A stretch of 63,008 nucleotides of DNA, filler included, from Octopus bimaculoides (GCF_001194135.2; 6 parts of 5 records of this genome joined end to end with filler, not necessarily neighbours in it); one strand, 5' to 3'. Numbered from the whole stretch's first letter, positions 25,091 to 39,290 are shown. The notes: generated by a model from the letters alone, not told the origin. A program made the numbers and translations.

Positions 25091-25845
25091 AGAACTTTTA
25101 CTAGTTTTAGCAGGTTGTGCGAATACATAGCAGTTTCTTCAGAGAATTACAACATAGTTTTATGATAAGGTTCAGTCTCCTAAACTGAGCATTTCAATTT
25201 TAATCTTCACATCTAAAATATACTGTCCCTCTCTCTCACTGTATACATACATACATACACACATACATACATACATACATACATACATACATACATACAT
25301 ACATACATACATGTGCGTGTGTGTGTGTATTATACAAATATAGGAGACCAACATTCAGTACTCGAAGTTCCCCGGCAAGTCACAAATCGGATACCTTTGC
25401 ACTTGTAGCTTTCCAGTAAACTCGGAGTCCTGCATGTGAGCGTTCCATGCTTGTATCATATCAAAAATATTCTTGTTTTCAATGATATTCGGCTCTACTA
25501 TTTTGTTTTGCTGTTACACTTGTAATGCGTAACATAAGCATATGTGTGTGTATGTGTATGTGTATGTGTTTGTGTGCGTTTGTGTGCGTAATATGTATAT
25601 GTATATGGAGAGAGAGTGGGGGAAAGAGTGGGAATGAGAATAGAGATATTAATAATGTCTAGTTAGGTATTCGCGTATATTTACCTGCATACAAAAATGT
25701 ACCTGCGTATATACGTACGTGTATGCATGCATATATGCATGTATGTATGCATGTATGTTTGTATATACGTACGTATGTATGTATACAACAAAGGCATATA
25801 TATATATATATATATATATATAAATGTATATATATGTATATATAT

Positions 25846-25883
<38 letters not shown>

Positions 25884-26009
25884 NNNNNNNNNNNNNNNNN
25901 NNNNNNNNNNNNNNNNNNNNNNNNNNNNNNNNNNNNNNNNNNNNNNNNNNNNNNNAACTATTTTTCAATTCATTCCTGTTTATGAAATTCTCTGTACATA
26001 ATTTTGCTT

Positions 26010-27841
26010 TCTCGGTGCCCTAATACTGACATTGGATGACCTGATCTACAAGAACACGCTTATTGAAATCGAGGATGCCCTGCTCAAAATGGGTGGGGCG
26101 GTGTTGAACACATTCGTTTTGCCATCCTCATTGCGACAGGACGTTAACACACTCCCACCAAAGTTACTTCTGGAGTTGTCGTATGACGCTGATGGCCTTG
26201 CGGAGTACCTGAGAGTAAATGAACCGAAATTGCTCCCTGATCAGAGCCTGTACAAAACTGTCGCCAGTACCGTTGAAAAACAGGCGGGCCGCATTTTATC
26301 CCTCGATGCTCCTGGAAGTACCGGCAAATCCTTTGTAACACAATTAATAATTGCTAAGATTCGTCGCGAGAAACAAATTGCGCTAGCCGTTGCTTCCTCG
26401 GGAATCGCTGCTACGTTATTGCTGCGAGGTAGGACGGTGCACTCAGCATTCAAGCTGCCTTTATATTTGGTGAGGGCCGAGGTTCCTACATGCAACATTG
26501 GCAAAAATTCAGAGGGAGCTGAAGTTCTTAGACAAAGCTGTCTCATTGTATGGGACGAATGCACAATGACCAATAAGGGTGCCCTTGAGGCACTGGACCG
26601 GTCACTGAAAAGTATCAAAGATTCTACAGCTTCTATGGGCGGTGTAACTCTACTGCTTTCAGGAGATTCCTGCAAACCCTTCCTGTCATCCTCAAAGGAA
26701 GCCGGGCTGATGAAGTGCACGCATGCCTTAAGTCATCCACGTTGTAGCCCCAGGTTAAGCACAAATATGCGTTCGCCCTAGCTTGGTGATAGCACGTCTG
26801 CAGCATTTGCTGAAGACATTTTAGCTCTTGGAGAAGGCAAGGTCCCTAGGAATGATAGGGGCGACATATCCATCTCTGAACTGTGCAACACCGTGGACAA
26901 CCCTTCCGATCTTTTGGAAACAGTGTTCCCCAATCTGGAAATTAACTATGCAGACATCAGTTGGCTCAGTGAAATAACCGTCCTGCCCCCCCCCCCCAAN
27001 NNNNNNNNNCAACGACCAGCTCATAAGTTGAATTCTGGGAGAGGTGCGCATCAAAAAATCGATTGACCGGACCTCTGACCACCAAGACATTGTCAATTAC
27101 CCTATCGAGTTTCTCAGCTCATTGGAGCCAGCAGGGCTTCCACCTCACATTCTTAGGCTAAGGGTTGGATGCCCAACTATGCTAATCAGAAACTTGCTTC
27201 CGCCTAAATAGTGCAACGGGACCGGCTTAGTAATCAAGTCTCTGAAGCCCCACTTGATTGAGGACACCATTGTTACAGGGTGTGGGAGGGGTGAAAATGT
27301 TTTCATTTCAAGGATGCGGCTTTATCCCTCGGGGTCAGACATGCCGTTTAACTTCTGTAGATCACAGTTCCCGGTGAGACCATGCTTCGCCATGTCCACC
27401 AACAAATCCCAAGAACAAACACTATCGGTGGCAGGCATCCATTTGGGATTTTCCATTCAATCAGGATTAAAAATTGATAAACCGGTTCTTTACAGGATTT
27501 CCCACTAAAATTGGCTACACCTCATTTTCAACCATAACGTTTACCAATTTTGACATATTTTGTTCACACTTTATGCCAACATTACTTAGGACTCATGGGA
27601 TCTTTGAATGCTTTAAGTTCTAAAAAAAAAACAATCGATGAGTGGAAATAATCGATAAACTGATTCCTTATGGGATTTCCCAATCAAATTGCCTGCAACC
27701 CATTTTCAGCCAAACGTTTACCAATTTCAACGGATTTCGCTCAAATTTTATGTCGGTGTCACTTATTCTGGTTTGAAATAAAGCGCTTGATCACTTAATA
27801 ATCCTAACTTAATCCCGGGCAACGCCGGGCTATACTGCTAG
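26010..27841 (+). mobile_element. Helitron fragment: PIF1-like helicase plus 3' hairpin-CTAG terminus
   Basis: LDAPGSTGKSF (Walker A), ALAVASSGIAATLL..GRTVHSAFKLP, IVWDEC.M, GGVTLLLSGD, later LRVGCPTMLIRNL and FPVRPCFAMSTNKSQEQTL. Terminal CCCGGGCAACGCCGGG hairpin (27814-27829) and CTAG (27838-27841). Confidence 0.9.
26032..26781 (+). pseudogene. Helitron RepHel helicase domain, 249-codon open stretch (frameshifted after motif III)
   Basis: SF1B/PIF1 motifs I-III are in frame; the sequence after GGVTLLLSGD loses the expected FRQ.LPV frame. Confidence 0.85.
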
Positions 27842-27842
27842 A

Positions 27843-27888
<46 letters not shown>

Positions 27889-28660
27889 GTGTGTATTACA
27901 TATCAGTCTGTTGATAGAGAGACAGAAAGACAGACATACGGACAGACAGATAGGTGGATAGATATGTTGTGAGCATGCATAGACATGAATGTAGGCAAAA
28001 AATTTCGTTGCTTACAGAATTTCATGAATAAGTGTCTAAATTCATTTTTGTCATTCATACGTTCAAATGTTTTTACATACATATAATTTGAACCCTTTCA
28101 AGCAGCCTAAATGTATAAATCACATATGTTTGCATGTATGTGTATACCTTTATATATGTAAGTATGTGCTCTGCCATATCTAACCAGTAAATCGGTACAT
28201 TCATGTATTTTGCAGAACTCATGAATCACGTACTTTTGTACAATAAAACACACCCACACATCTAAACACACTAAAACATACACCCACACTAATTCACTCC
28301 AACGCAAACACACCGACGCAGACACACATACGTGTATGTGATTGTGTATGTTTCTGAATATATATACACACACACATATTTATGTATATATATATATATA
28401 TATATATAAACACATTTATGAACACACAAGTCTGATACATAAATCATTCATTAAGAAACATCAAAAAGCAATTAATATAGTTTTAAGCAAGAATGTTTAC
28501 TACGGGCTGTTTATCGTCGAAGCAGTCATATATTGTGATAAATTCAGAAAACTTATTGACCTATTTCTATTGATTTATTTCTCAAAGAAAACTCCTACAC
28601 TTGTAAACCCGACTGCATTGATACTACAATATAGATTTATATGTGGAGTGAGAGAGAGGT

Positions 28661-28810
<150 letters not shown>

Positions 28811-28882
28811 GATGCGTGTGTATCTATGTACGAATGTATAAATTAAGATACTTGCCGAGGGGAGCATGAAGTGAGACTGAAT

Positions 28883-28946
<64 letters not shown>

Positions 28947-29340
28947 GTTGTAATTTTACACGCACGGAGACACACATAGTAACCAGACCCTGGTTTTCAT
29001 CGCTCATAATTCAATTTTTCATTATATTAATAAGCAATTTAATATACTTCAACATTAAGCATATATCTTTTCTGCGCAAAAAATATCTGTTAACTAGAAG
29101 AACGCCCCCACAAACGCACATACACAGGCACACACACATATTCACGCATACACAAAGGAATGCACACACACATTCACCATATTTATTAAGAGATAAAACA
29201 AATATAGGCAGAAAGTAAATCCCTCTTCGCTAAAACCCATTTCCACATCAGACACACGCCAAATCAAACCATAATTATTTCTCAATCCTTGACTGTTTAG
29301 ACTCATGTAGTCTATCAACTACATAATTCCAAGAGAGCAC

Positions 29341-29445
29341 TTTGAAAGGATGAAAGGCAAAGTTCAGATCTCCCATCGCGATTTGAACTCAGAGCGCAGA
29401 TAGCCGGAATGAAATCCATAAAGTATTTTGTTCCAATTATTCTGC
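29341..29445 (-). mobile_element. SINE family B partial, diverged
   Basis: GAAAGGATGAAAGGCAAAGT...GATTTGAACTCAGAGCG matches the family B reverse complement. Confidence 0.6.
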
Positions 29446-29851
29446 CAATAATAGCTCAACATATACATGAGTGTATGCGCGTGTGCATGTGTGTGTATGT
29501 GCTTGTGTACATACATATATGTGTGTATATGTGTGTAACAATGTTCACGCTCGTGTAATAGATACACTTAGATGTGAATGTAAGGCATTACGCTTATTAA
29601 AAAAAATAAACTAATTACACTTGAAATATAATACTGAACCAAAAGGACACTAGCTGTAAAACCGTAACCAAATATCTCGTTAAGCAACATATAATATGAA
29701 TTGAACTCAAATACAATCTAACAATAATAATATACTACAAAAACTACTAGACTTAGTAAACTTATGCATAATAAACCACAAGCTCAGTTCCATTTATACA
29801 TTATTATATTATAATTATTTTATAATATATATTTTCATATAAAAAATTATT

Positions 29852-30029
29852 AAGGTGGCGAGGTGGCAGAAACGTTAGCGCGCCGGTATTTCGTTCGACT
29901 TTATTCTCTGAGTTCTAATATCACCTTCCGGGGTCGATAGAATAAGTACAAGCTGAACACGTGGACCGATTTAATCGACTTGCTCCCTCACTCGAAACTG
30001 TTGCCCCTGTGCCGAAATCTGAAGCCAAT
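29852..30029 (+). mobile_element. SINE family B with internal deletions
   Basis: AAGGTGGCGAGGTGGCAGAAACGTTAGC...CCTTCCGGGGTCGATAGAATAAGTAC...TTAATCGACTT...TGTGCCGAAATCTGAAGCCAAT. Confidence 0.75.
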
Positions 30030-30159
30030 GCAAATGTCGAGTATTATGCCTATTTCATTTTTTGGCCGAAACAGTAAACAATATTTTTGTATAAGGAGAT
30101 GCCCCAGTATGGCCACAGCCTCAAGGCTGAACATATCAAGAAATAAAAGAGTGTGTGTG

Positions 30160-30227
<68 letters not shown>

Positions 30228-30817
30228 CGTATGTATACAAATATACATACATACGAAAACTTCATGTACACAGATGTAGTAATACATTGTGTATAAACTA
30301 ATATAAATCTTAATTTTACAGCAGTATATATGTAATTATGTAAAACCAATAAAATATAGTCAATAGGGTAAAAAAATATCTGAAAATATCTATTGCAATT
30401 TAGAAATTCAGGCGTAAACACATATGAAAAATATGAATTATATTATCATGTACATATTGTAGCAAACTGGCATTCATAAGTACATCGAAAAAATATTCTA
30501 GTAAGTTATATGTAGCCAGATTATAATCATGGACATAGGCACATATACGCACACACATACACGAAATGATGGCATCTTACATGTATGCCTCGATATATAT
30601 ACACATACATGCATGCATATCCTCATATATATATATACATGATGCATACATGCACGATAGTATAAAACATATGGCATACATCCCACATTGCACAGATAAA
30701 CAATTATGAAAGATACATTAAATAATCAATCATTGAAACACGCAAACACACACACATATGTATGTATATATGTGTGTATGTATGTATATATACTATCTTT
30801 ATATATATAAAAATAAA

Positions 30818-30864
<47 letters not shown>

Positions 30865-32212
30865 TATCTATATACATATAAATATAAACATATATATATA
30901 TATAAACATATATAAATATATTTACTATTTATGAAACAAAATATAAACTACTTACGCATAACATATCCTATAAAACAAATATCACACATATACACTTACA
31001 CCTAGCCTCACACAATACAATGGGACAATAAAACTTAACGTACTGAACATGAAAAAATTATAACGTTGTCAAACGCATAAAGATTTTCACACACGCACTC
31101 ATTTACACAGATACACGCATACACACATATACACACACGCATACACACATATACACACACGCATACACACACATGTACAAATGCACTAACACATACACTA
31201 GCAAACAACATTTTTTTGTGTAGCTTACTACTAGAGATAGCACATATAATCATACACAGACACATACAGAATTACACACATCTACTCTCACAAATATACA
31301 CACACATACGCGTGCACGCTCACACACCACGCGTGCTCGCGCGTACACACATACGCATACATACACACACAAATACATACACAATGGTACTTGTAATCTA
31401 GCAAACAAACAAACAGCCAGTGTTTAACTAATTAATCACATGCTCTGACAATGATTGATTTGTATTTGTTTTAGTTATCAGCAAATTTTGTGAAAGAACA
31501 AAAATAACGTTAAAATATAAACTAAAAGAAATGGTCACCCATAGTGGTGGGGAGAGGTGGAATAGTTTTGGTAATTTCTGTGTGTAAATAGAGGAATAGA
31601 TTATGCTACATAAACGGAGGAATGAGTTATGGGGAAAAGAGCTGAAACAGTCATAACAAGATACATATATTTAAGATATTGGGCATACAATCTCTCGCCC
31701 TTCTACAAACATGATTTGAGCTTGCACTATATGCAAGTCATATTTCTGCTTACACACTTGCATACAAATACACACACACATACACAAATACAGTTGTAAT
31801 AACGAAGTCAAACCAAATATTTATATCTTGAAATCATTTAATACGTGTGTTTCAGGTTTGCGCAATATACAATAGGAAATGATCCATTACGTAAACATTT
31901 CTCAGTTAAAACATTTCAAAAATACGAATCGTACATGAAATGATTTAAACTATTTCAAAACAACACTATTTCATTTAACTTCATTATTACAACTAATACG
32001 ACTCGGTTCCAGTCAAAACGAACCGGTACTGACTCCACTTATGCGGATGTTCTAACAATGATTTGGAGTAGCTTGTTATGTTTGGCAAGAGTCGAAGATT
32101 CTGGTACCGTGCACCACTTCTTAGAGTAACACGAAATATATATGTAGTTACATAAATGTAAGATACCTTCCAAAAATTGTGTGTTCGTATGTGTGAAAGA
32201 GAGACAGAGAGA

Positions 32213-32257
<45 letters not shown>

Positions 32258-32362
32258 ACAGGCAGGCAGACAGAGACCTTTTTATAATTGAAATTATATA
32301 TAAAATAACATTAAACCAAAGGATTACTCAATACGCTTTTACATCAGAATACATATTCATTT

Positions 32363-32479
32363 TAGTTTTACAAGGAAAAGTTGATAGTGGCCTCGAGGTT
32401 TCGACTGTTATCAGACTGATTGATGATTGCGTGAAAGCCAAGCATCGAGGCCACTGTCAACTTTTACCTTGTAAAATTA
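32363..32479 (+). repeat. 117-nt inverted repeat / hairpin (34-35 nt arms, 48-nt spacer)
   Basis: Left TAGTTTTACAAGGAAAAGTTGATAGTGGCCTCGA versus right TCGAGGCCACTGTCAACTTTTACCTTGTAAAATTA; two G:T pairs and one bulge. Confidence 0.9.
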
Positions 32480-33041
32480 GCCCCCTACCCATTCACACAC
32501 ACACACCAATTCAAGCATATACACACACAGATGCACATGCACACACACACATAAACAAACACAAACACACACACACCAACTATCTATTTTATAATATGCA
32601 TCTATTTAGCTATTTCCTTTTCTATCAGTCAACACACACACAGATACATGCAGATATGCACACAAATACAACTTTCCTGATACCTGTCTGTATCTGTCAA
32701 TATATGCATGGACGTATATGCATAATACATAATAAATGACTTCCCCACGCTCTTTTTAAGTGAGCATGTGTATGACGGTTTATAAAATATACCAATAACA
32801 GTTCAACAACCCTACAATGAAAGAAACTTAAACAAAAGTATGTAACTGTATCAATAGAGTCATTTATTTATTGTTCCAGTTGCTGGTAATATTAATACTA
32901 GAGATTTCTACTTTTTAATTGAAGTATCAATTTCTCATTCTTGTAGTGATTAAACCAAACGTCATATCTTGCCTTGATGTAAACTACGAAATGGTGTAAT
33001 TTATTGATTGAATTTATTGTGCTTCGAAAGGTGTGAATGTA

Positions 33042-34260
33042 CGAGGGTGGGCTGAAAAGTTCATAGGCTGATTATGGAGGAGTGATGCTAAAGCTTTGAT
33101 GTCTCGCATGCAGTAATTTCAACCCTTCTTTTAAATAACTGCAGTGTTTTCTTTTGATAAACCGACATCTCAGTGTTCAAAGGGGGCTTCAAAAGTAATT
33201 AGTTGCGATTTGTCTTCAAAAGTGACAAAATTTAGCATCGTGGTGTCATCAAGTACCTGCAGAAAAAGGGTTTAGTCTCCCAAGGACATTTCATGCTGAC
33301 ATGGTTGCTACATTAGGGGCTGACTATCTAGCTTTATCAACAGTGCAAAGGTAGGCAACTGAATTTCGGAGAAGGGAAAGTCGGACGTTTTGCAACTGCT
33401 ACCAACATGGAAAACATTGATCTTGTTCACTACATGGTGATGGATGACAGGCTACTGACTATAAATCAAATAGTGAATGCTATAAGCATATTCCGTGAGA
33501 AATTTGAGAATATTTTGCACAATGAACTTGGCATGATGAAGGTTTCTGCTCGGTGGGTGCCATGTCTTCTGGCAACTGATCACACCAACAGAAAATCTAA
33601 TATTCAGGCAGATCCAGCTGGTTTACTTGAACGTTTCCAAACTCAGGATGAATGTTGGCTACATCACTTTGAACCAGAGACAAAGAGATAATCCATAGAG
33701 TGGAAACATTCCTCCTCATTGTCGATTCCGAAGAAGGCCAAGAATATTTCATCTGTAGGGAAGGTGATGGCTTCAAGTTTTTGGAATGCAAAAGGCATTG
33801 TGTTTATTGACTTCTTCAAAAGGGCTATACCGTGAATGGAGAGTATTGTGCCAACTTGCTGAGGCAGTTACGAAAGGCTGTTAATGACAAAAGCTCAGGA
33901 AAGCTGATAAAAGTGGTCTTGTTTCATTAGGACAATACTCCAGTACACAAAACCTTGGTTCCAGTTGGTGTGCGTGGCTGTGGCTTTGAACTGGTTGACT
34001 ACCCTCCCTATTCTCCTTATTTGGTCCTACCTAACTATCATCGGACCCCCAGCATGAAAAAATATTTAGCTGAGAACCAGTGTTACAGTGATGACGACAT
34101 CATATCTGCTGTTGACTTTTTTTTACCAGCAGGATGAAATCTTCTTCCAGTGGAAGACGTGTGTGGACCGCAAGGGTGATTATGCTGAAAAATAAGCCTC
34201 ATTTGGTTATATTCCATGAGAGTGTCTTGATCAGCCTATTAAATTTTCAGCCGGTCCTCG
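33042..34260 (+). mobile_element. Full-length defective mariner (DD34D-type) transposon
   Basis: TA + CGAGGGTGGGCTGAAAAGTTCATAGGCTGA at 33040-33071 and inverted TCAGCCTATTAAATTTTCAGCCGGTCCTCG + TA at 34231-34262 (27/32 match). Transposase motifs KVSARWVP, TQDECWLHHFEPETK, FH*DN and HPPYSP-like YPPYSP; multiple stops and frameshifts. Confidence 0.92.
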
Positions 34261-34968
34261 TAATACAAAATAACTTGATGTCGGAAAACTAACTTTAGGT
34301 ATACAAATTTTGACAAGAACTGACGTTAACCGCTTCAAATACACGTAATATCCACTTTTGTGTATTACTTTCACAGATATACGATCATAAATTACAGTTC
34401 CCAGTGCAGAGTCTCCAGTTACTGCTTCCAAAATCAAATACTTTATTCAAGGCTATATCATCCTTTACAGAAGAGAAGTGATTCACAGACAAGCAATCGA
34501 CATCCACCCACAAGGCAGAAGTTTTAGAAAAAGCGGAAATCGTTTGCTCTCAACATACTTCAGAATATTAAGGTAGAAAATATTTGCCATCTTTTTCACT
34601 CGAAATAAGCACCTAACAGTATTTTTTTTTATCTTCGTTAATAATTAGTTAACGGTGAATGCACATCCATCTGCAGTTGTCGTTAAATGAAGATAATATA
34701 TAGGCTCTGATTTCAATGTGTAGGTTTGGTTTTGTTACCTAATTTACATCTCTTATTCACTTTATATAATAGGAATGTCACAACCTCTTCCTCTAAACAT
34801 ACATCAAATCCATAAATTTTGAATAGTCATCACCTTAGAGTTGGTTCTACTTTATTAGATTGACTATACTGTTACGAAGTGTTAGTATTTTGTTCGTCAA
34901 TATTTTAGCACATAATACTCGAAATTATTACAATGCCATCCGTATATCAGTAAGATATTTGTAAACTT

Positions 34969-35179
34969 AAGACGATGAGCTGGCAAAAACATTAGCATGC
35001 CGGGCGAAATGCTTAGCGGTATTTCGTTTGTCTTTACGTTCAGAGTTCAAATTCCGCCGAGGTCGACTTTGCCTTTCATCCTTTCAGGGTCGATAAATTA
35101 AGTACTAGTTTCGTACTGGAGTCGATCTAATCGACAGGCCTCCTCCCCCAAAATTTTGGGCCTTGTGTCTAGAGTACAA
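34969..35179 (+). mobile_element. SINE family B, full length with 17-bp TSD
   Basis: AAGATATTTG(T/A)AAACTT at 34952-34968 and 35180-35196 (1 mismatch) flanks a complete copy. Confidence 0.92.
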
Positions 35180-36714
35180 AAGATATTTGAAAACTTTATT
35201 AGCTGTCTGGTTACACTTTTTATGCTTAGACAAAAGATAACTTTGAATATAAATGATAACCATAGCGATATACGAAGAAAGAATGACTTTACAAATAAAC
35301 AATAACCGTTCTTTGAAGTCGGAATCTTTCCTTCAGAATACTTTTGCTCGAAAATGCTTTGTGAACCTATATTACGTGATTCAAATAATTTCAAATGACC
35401 TAGAGATTGCTATATTTTATTATTGGCATAGGAGAGACAGTTGATGGCTTGACTTTGGAAAAAACTCTGAAACACACACGCATGCACGTACGCACGCACA
35501 CACACGCGCGAGCATACACAAACGCATGCACACACACACACACACACACACACAAGTCCATTTTTATCGGTGTGCTTATAGTATACAATATTTCTGTATT
35601 CTTCCAATTAATAGGATAAACTAATTCTGATTCATGACTTATCGTGGTCAGGTGTATATATATTTATCAGACAATCAACGCTATTGACTCAAAACGAAGA
35701 GTTGATTGTAATTTGTGTTCATATAATTATTAAAACCATCAATGTTGCAACATAAATAAAGTGGCTACCTTTAACAATCAATACCGCATCGCAAGTACGA
35801 TTAAATAAAAGCACAAGTCGCATCATATTAACACCCGAGTAATCGATTAATACTTATACACACATAAACATGCTTTTATGCATATAGGCGCACGTACGTA
35901 TGTAGTGCTTGTTTCTGTGCGTATGAGATATTTGTCCCTACCAAATAACATATATAAAAATACTATAGAGTAGGTGGAGACGTATCCGTGCGCGTACGTG
36001 TATAGTTGCACCAATCTATGATGTTTAAGAAGATATTGAGAGGATTAATGGATGGTTTATGGGATTAACCTGAATGTAATGATTAGACAATTTTCTTTCA
36101 AATATATTTATTTCCATTATCTTTTATTAGTAATTGATTGTGAAGAACAACTTCATCCCTATTAGCTTATCCTTTGACAAATGATATTCATTGGTTAAAT
36201 ACAATCGCTTAAAATATACTAGACTGTGTCATACGTTTTATTGATATTACATAGAAGGAAAAGATGCAGAAAGTGAGCTGGTAACAAGACAGAGTATTTA
36301 CACTTCATTGTGAATGAAATCAGTTAACTGATTACTTAAATAGAAAAACCTACGCTTTATGAAGTTTAGTTTTATACGCGGATATAGAAATTATGCAGGT
36401 TTATGCTGAACTTACATTTTCACTGAACATAGACGCATGCACACACGTATATGCATGCATGTATGTGTGTGTGTTATTTGTGTCAATGTGTATCAAAACA
36501 GGTATTATTTATTCACCATTACACACGTTTCATTTGCTAACAGGACTTACAAAACTGTACATGTAGGCGAAACATAAGATATCTTCCTATTACAAAGTCT
36601 TGAGACTGAGAATAAAATAATATAATAGGATACACCTTGGATTTCAGCCCTATCTACGTATGTATATATATGATTGCATTTGTTTATATACATACGTAGA
36701 TATACATATATAAG

Positions 36715-36749
<35 letters not shown>

Positions 36750-37456
36750 NNNNNNNNNNNNNNNNNNNNNNNNNNNNNNNNNNNNNNNNNNNNTTAATTA
36801 ATTAANNNNNNNNNNNNNNNNNNNNNNNNNNNNNNNNNNNNNNNNNNNNATGTATATATATATATACATACACATATCCATATGCATATATATATGTATG
36901 TATACACACACAAACATACATATATATATATATGTATGTATATATATGTTCATACATAGATATGTGTATGTATGTATGAATGGACATATGCATAGACATT
37001 CGTACAAACACAATCAAATTTATACGCATGCATAATGTATCTCTCGTACAGGCACATAAATATCCACGTACGCATGCACTCGTATTTAGTCAGGCACATT
37101 TATATGCATACATAAACGCACACACATGCACACACATGTACATGCTAAACAAGCGATGATTCCTCAGTATGGCCAATCGGCTTGCTAGATATAGAACCCA
37201 ATTGTATTTCAAACTGCACCCTTCTCGTTAAGAAAAGAAATCAAAAAAGAAAGGCCACATTGAATAATGCAGTTTAGAGAGAAAAAAAGAGGTGGGTGGT
37301 CAAGATTGGAATGTCTTCAATCACAAGATTATATTCTCTAAAAAGAGACCTTGGGTTAAAATGATTTCCACGTATTCTCACGCATGCGTACATAATCACA
37401 ATGTAATATATATACAGGTATGTGTACACTCCACATACACTCAAACTTAAACATAC

Positions 37457-37613
37457 AAGAATGGCTGTGTGATAAGTAGCTTACTTACCAACCACACGGT
37501 TCCGGGTTCAGTCCCACTGCATGACACACTGGGCAAGTGTCTTCTACTATAGCTTCGGGTCGACCAAAGCCTTGTGAGTGGATTTGATAGACGGAAACTT
37601 AAAGGAGCCCGTC

Positions 37614-37614
<1 letters not shown>
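37457..37614 (+). mobile_element. SINE family A, 5' half running into (TA)n and a gap
   Basis: Matches 20152-20315, ending GGAGCCCGTCG then (TA)n. Confidence 0.85.
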
Positions 37615-37649
<35 letters not shown>

Positions 37650-38359
37650 NNNNNNNNNNNNNNNNNNNNNNNNNNNNNNNNNNNNNNNNNNNNNNNNNNN
37701 NNNNNNNNNNNNNNNNNNNNNNNNNNNNNNNNNNNNNNNNNNNNNNNNNNNNNNNNNNNNNNNNNNNNNNNNNNNNNNNNNNNNNNNNNNNNNNNNNNNN
37801 NNNNNNNNNNNNNNNNNNNNNNNNNNNNNNNNNNNNNNNNNNNNNNNNNNNNNNNNNNNNNNNNNNNNNNNNNNNNNNNNNNNNNNNNNNNNNNNNNNNN
37901 NNNNNNNNNNNNNNNNNNNNNNNNNNNNNNNNNNNNNNNNNNNNNNNNNNNNNNNNNNNNNNNNNNNNNNNNNNNNNNNNNNNNNNNNNNNNNNNNNNNN
38001 NNNNNNNNNNNNNNNNNNNNNNNNNNNNNNNNNNNNNNNNNNNNNNNNNNNNNNNNNNNNNNNNNNNNNNNNNNNNNNNNNNNNNNNNNNNNNNNNNNNN
38101 NNNNNNNNNNNNNNNNNNNNNNNNNNNNNNNNNNNNNNNNNNNNNNNNNNNNNNNNNNNNNNNNNNNNNNNNNNNNNNNNNNNNNNNNNNNNNNNNNNNN
38201 NNNNNNNNNNNNNNNNNNNNNNNNNNNNNNNNNNNNNNNNNNNNNNNNNNNNNNNNNNNAAGCATCTTAATGAATTCTTTATACTGAAATATATATTGAA
38301 GAAGATAAATATGTTCTTTTGAATTTATACGTTTTTGCGTCTTAACTCCTTTATTATTA

Positions 38360-38392
<33 letters not shown>

Positions 38393-38394
<2 letters not shown>

Positions 38395-38782
38395 GGTTCC
38401 GTCCCACTGCGTGGCATCTTGGGCAAGTGTCTTCTACTATAGACTCGGGCCGACCAAAGCCTTGGGTGTGGATTTGGCAGACGGAAATTGAAAGAAGCCC
38501 GTCGTATATATCTATATATATAAATATGTGTGTGTGTGTATGTGTATGTATGTTTGTGTGTATATGTTTGTGTGTCTGTGTTTGTGCTCCCAACGTCACT
38601 TGACAACCGATGTTGTGATGCTGTTGTATTTCGTCCCCGTAACTTAGTGGTTTGGCAAAAGAGACCAAAAGAATAATTACTAGGCTTACAAAGAATAGGT
38701 CCTGGGGTCGATTTGCTCGACTAGATGCGGTGCTCCAGAATGGCCGCTGTCAAATGACAGAAGCATATGAAAGAAAAGAAAC
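38393..38782 (+). mobile_element. SINE family A with internal (TA/TG)n
   Basis: Core from CGGGTTCCGTCCCACTGC through GAAGCCCGTCG, then microsatellite, middle segment and family A tail. Confidence 0.85.
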
Positions 38783-39002
38783 AGAAACATTTAAACACTT
38801 ATACACGTGCACAGGTACAAACCTACACATAGATGCACAGGAAAATATAGAAGTACGTATACCCATTCACACACAGTCATGCAAACATGGTGCACTTGCA
38901 TGAAACGACTTCAAGTTCGTGTCTTTAATTGACTCAGCGTGGGGCACCGTTCCGTCGTTCCTCAAGTGTGAAGGTTCTCGGATACTGGAGGAGAAAAGAA
39001 TG

Positions 39003-39220
39003 GGAATGGTTGTATGGTTATGAAACTAGCTTTGCAACCAGATGATTTTGGGTTCAGTGCCACTACACTGTATACTGGGCAAGTGTTTATTACTATAGCC
39101 ATGGGTTGACCAATGCCTGGGAGTGAATCTGATTGACGGAAACTGCGTAGAAGCTCGTCATGTGTTTGTGCGTGCGTGCGTGCGTGTGTGTGTTTGTCCT
39201 TGCTACCATCGCTTGGCACC
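39003..39220 (+). mobile_element. Older diverged SINE family A-like 5' part
   Basis: GGGTTCAGTGCCACT...CTGGGCAAGTGTTTATTACTATAGCC...GACGGAAACTGCGTAGAAGCTCGTC then (TGCG)n. Confidence 0.65.
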
Positions 39221-39290
39221 TTCTTTTAGTTTGTTTGTATAACCGTACCTCAGTAGTCCCTCTAAAGGGCCGGTAGAAAATGCATTTAAT

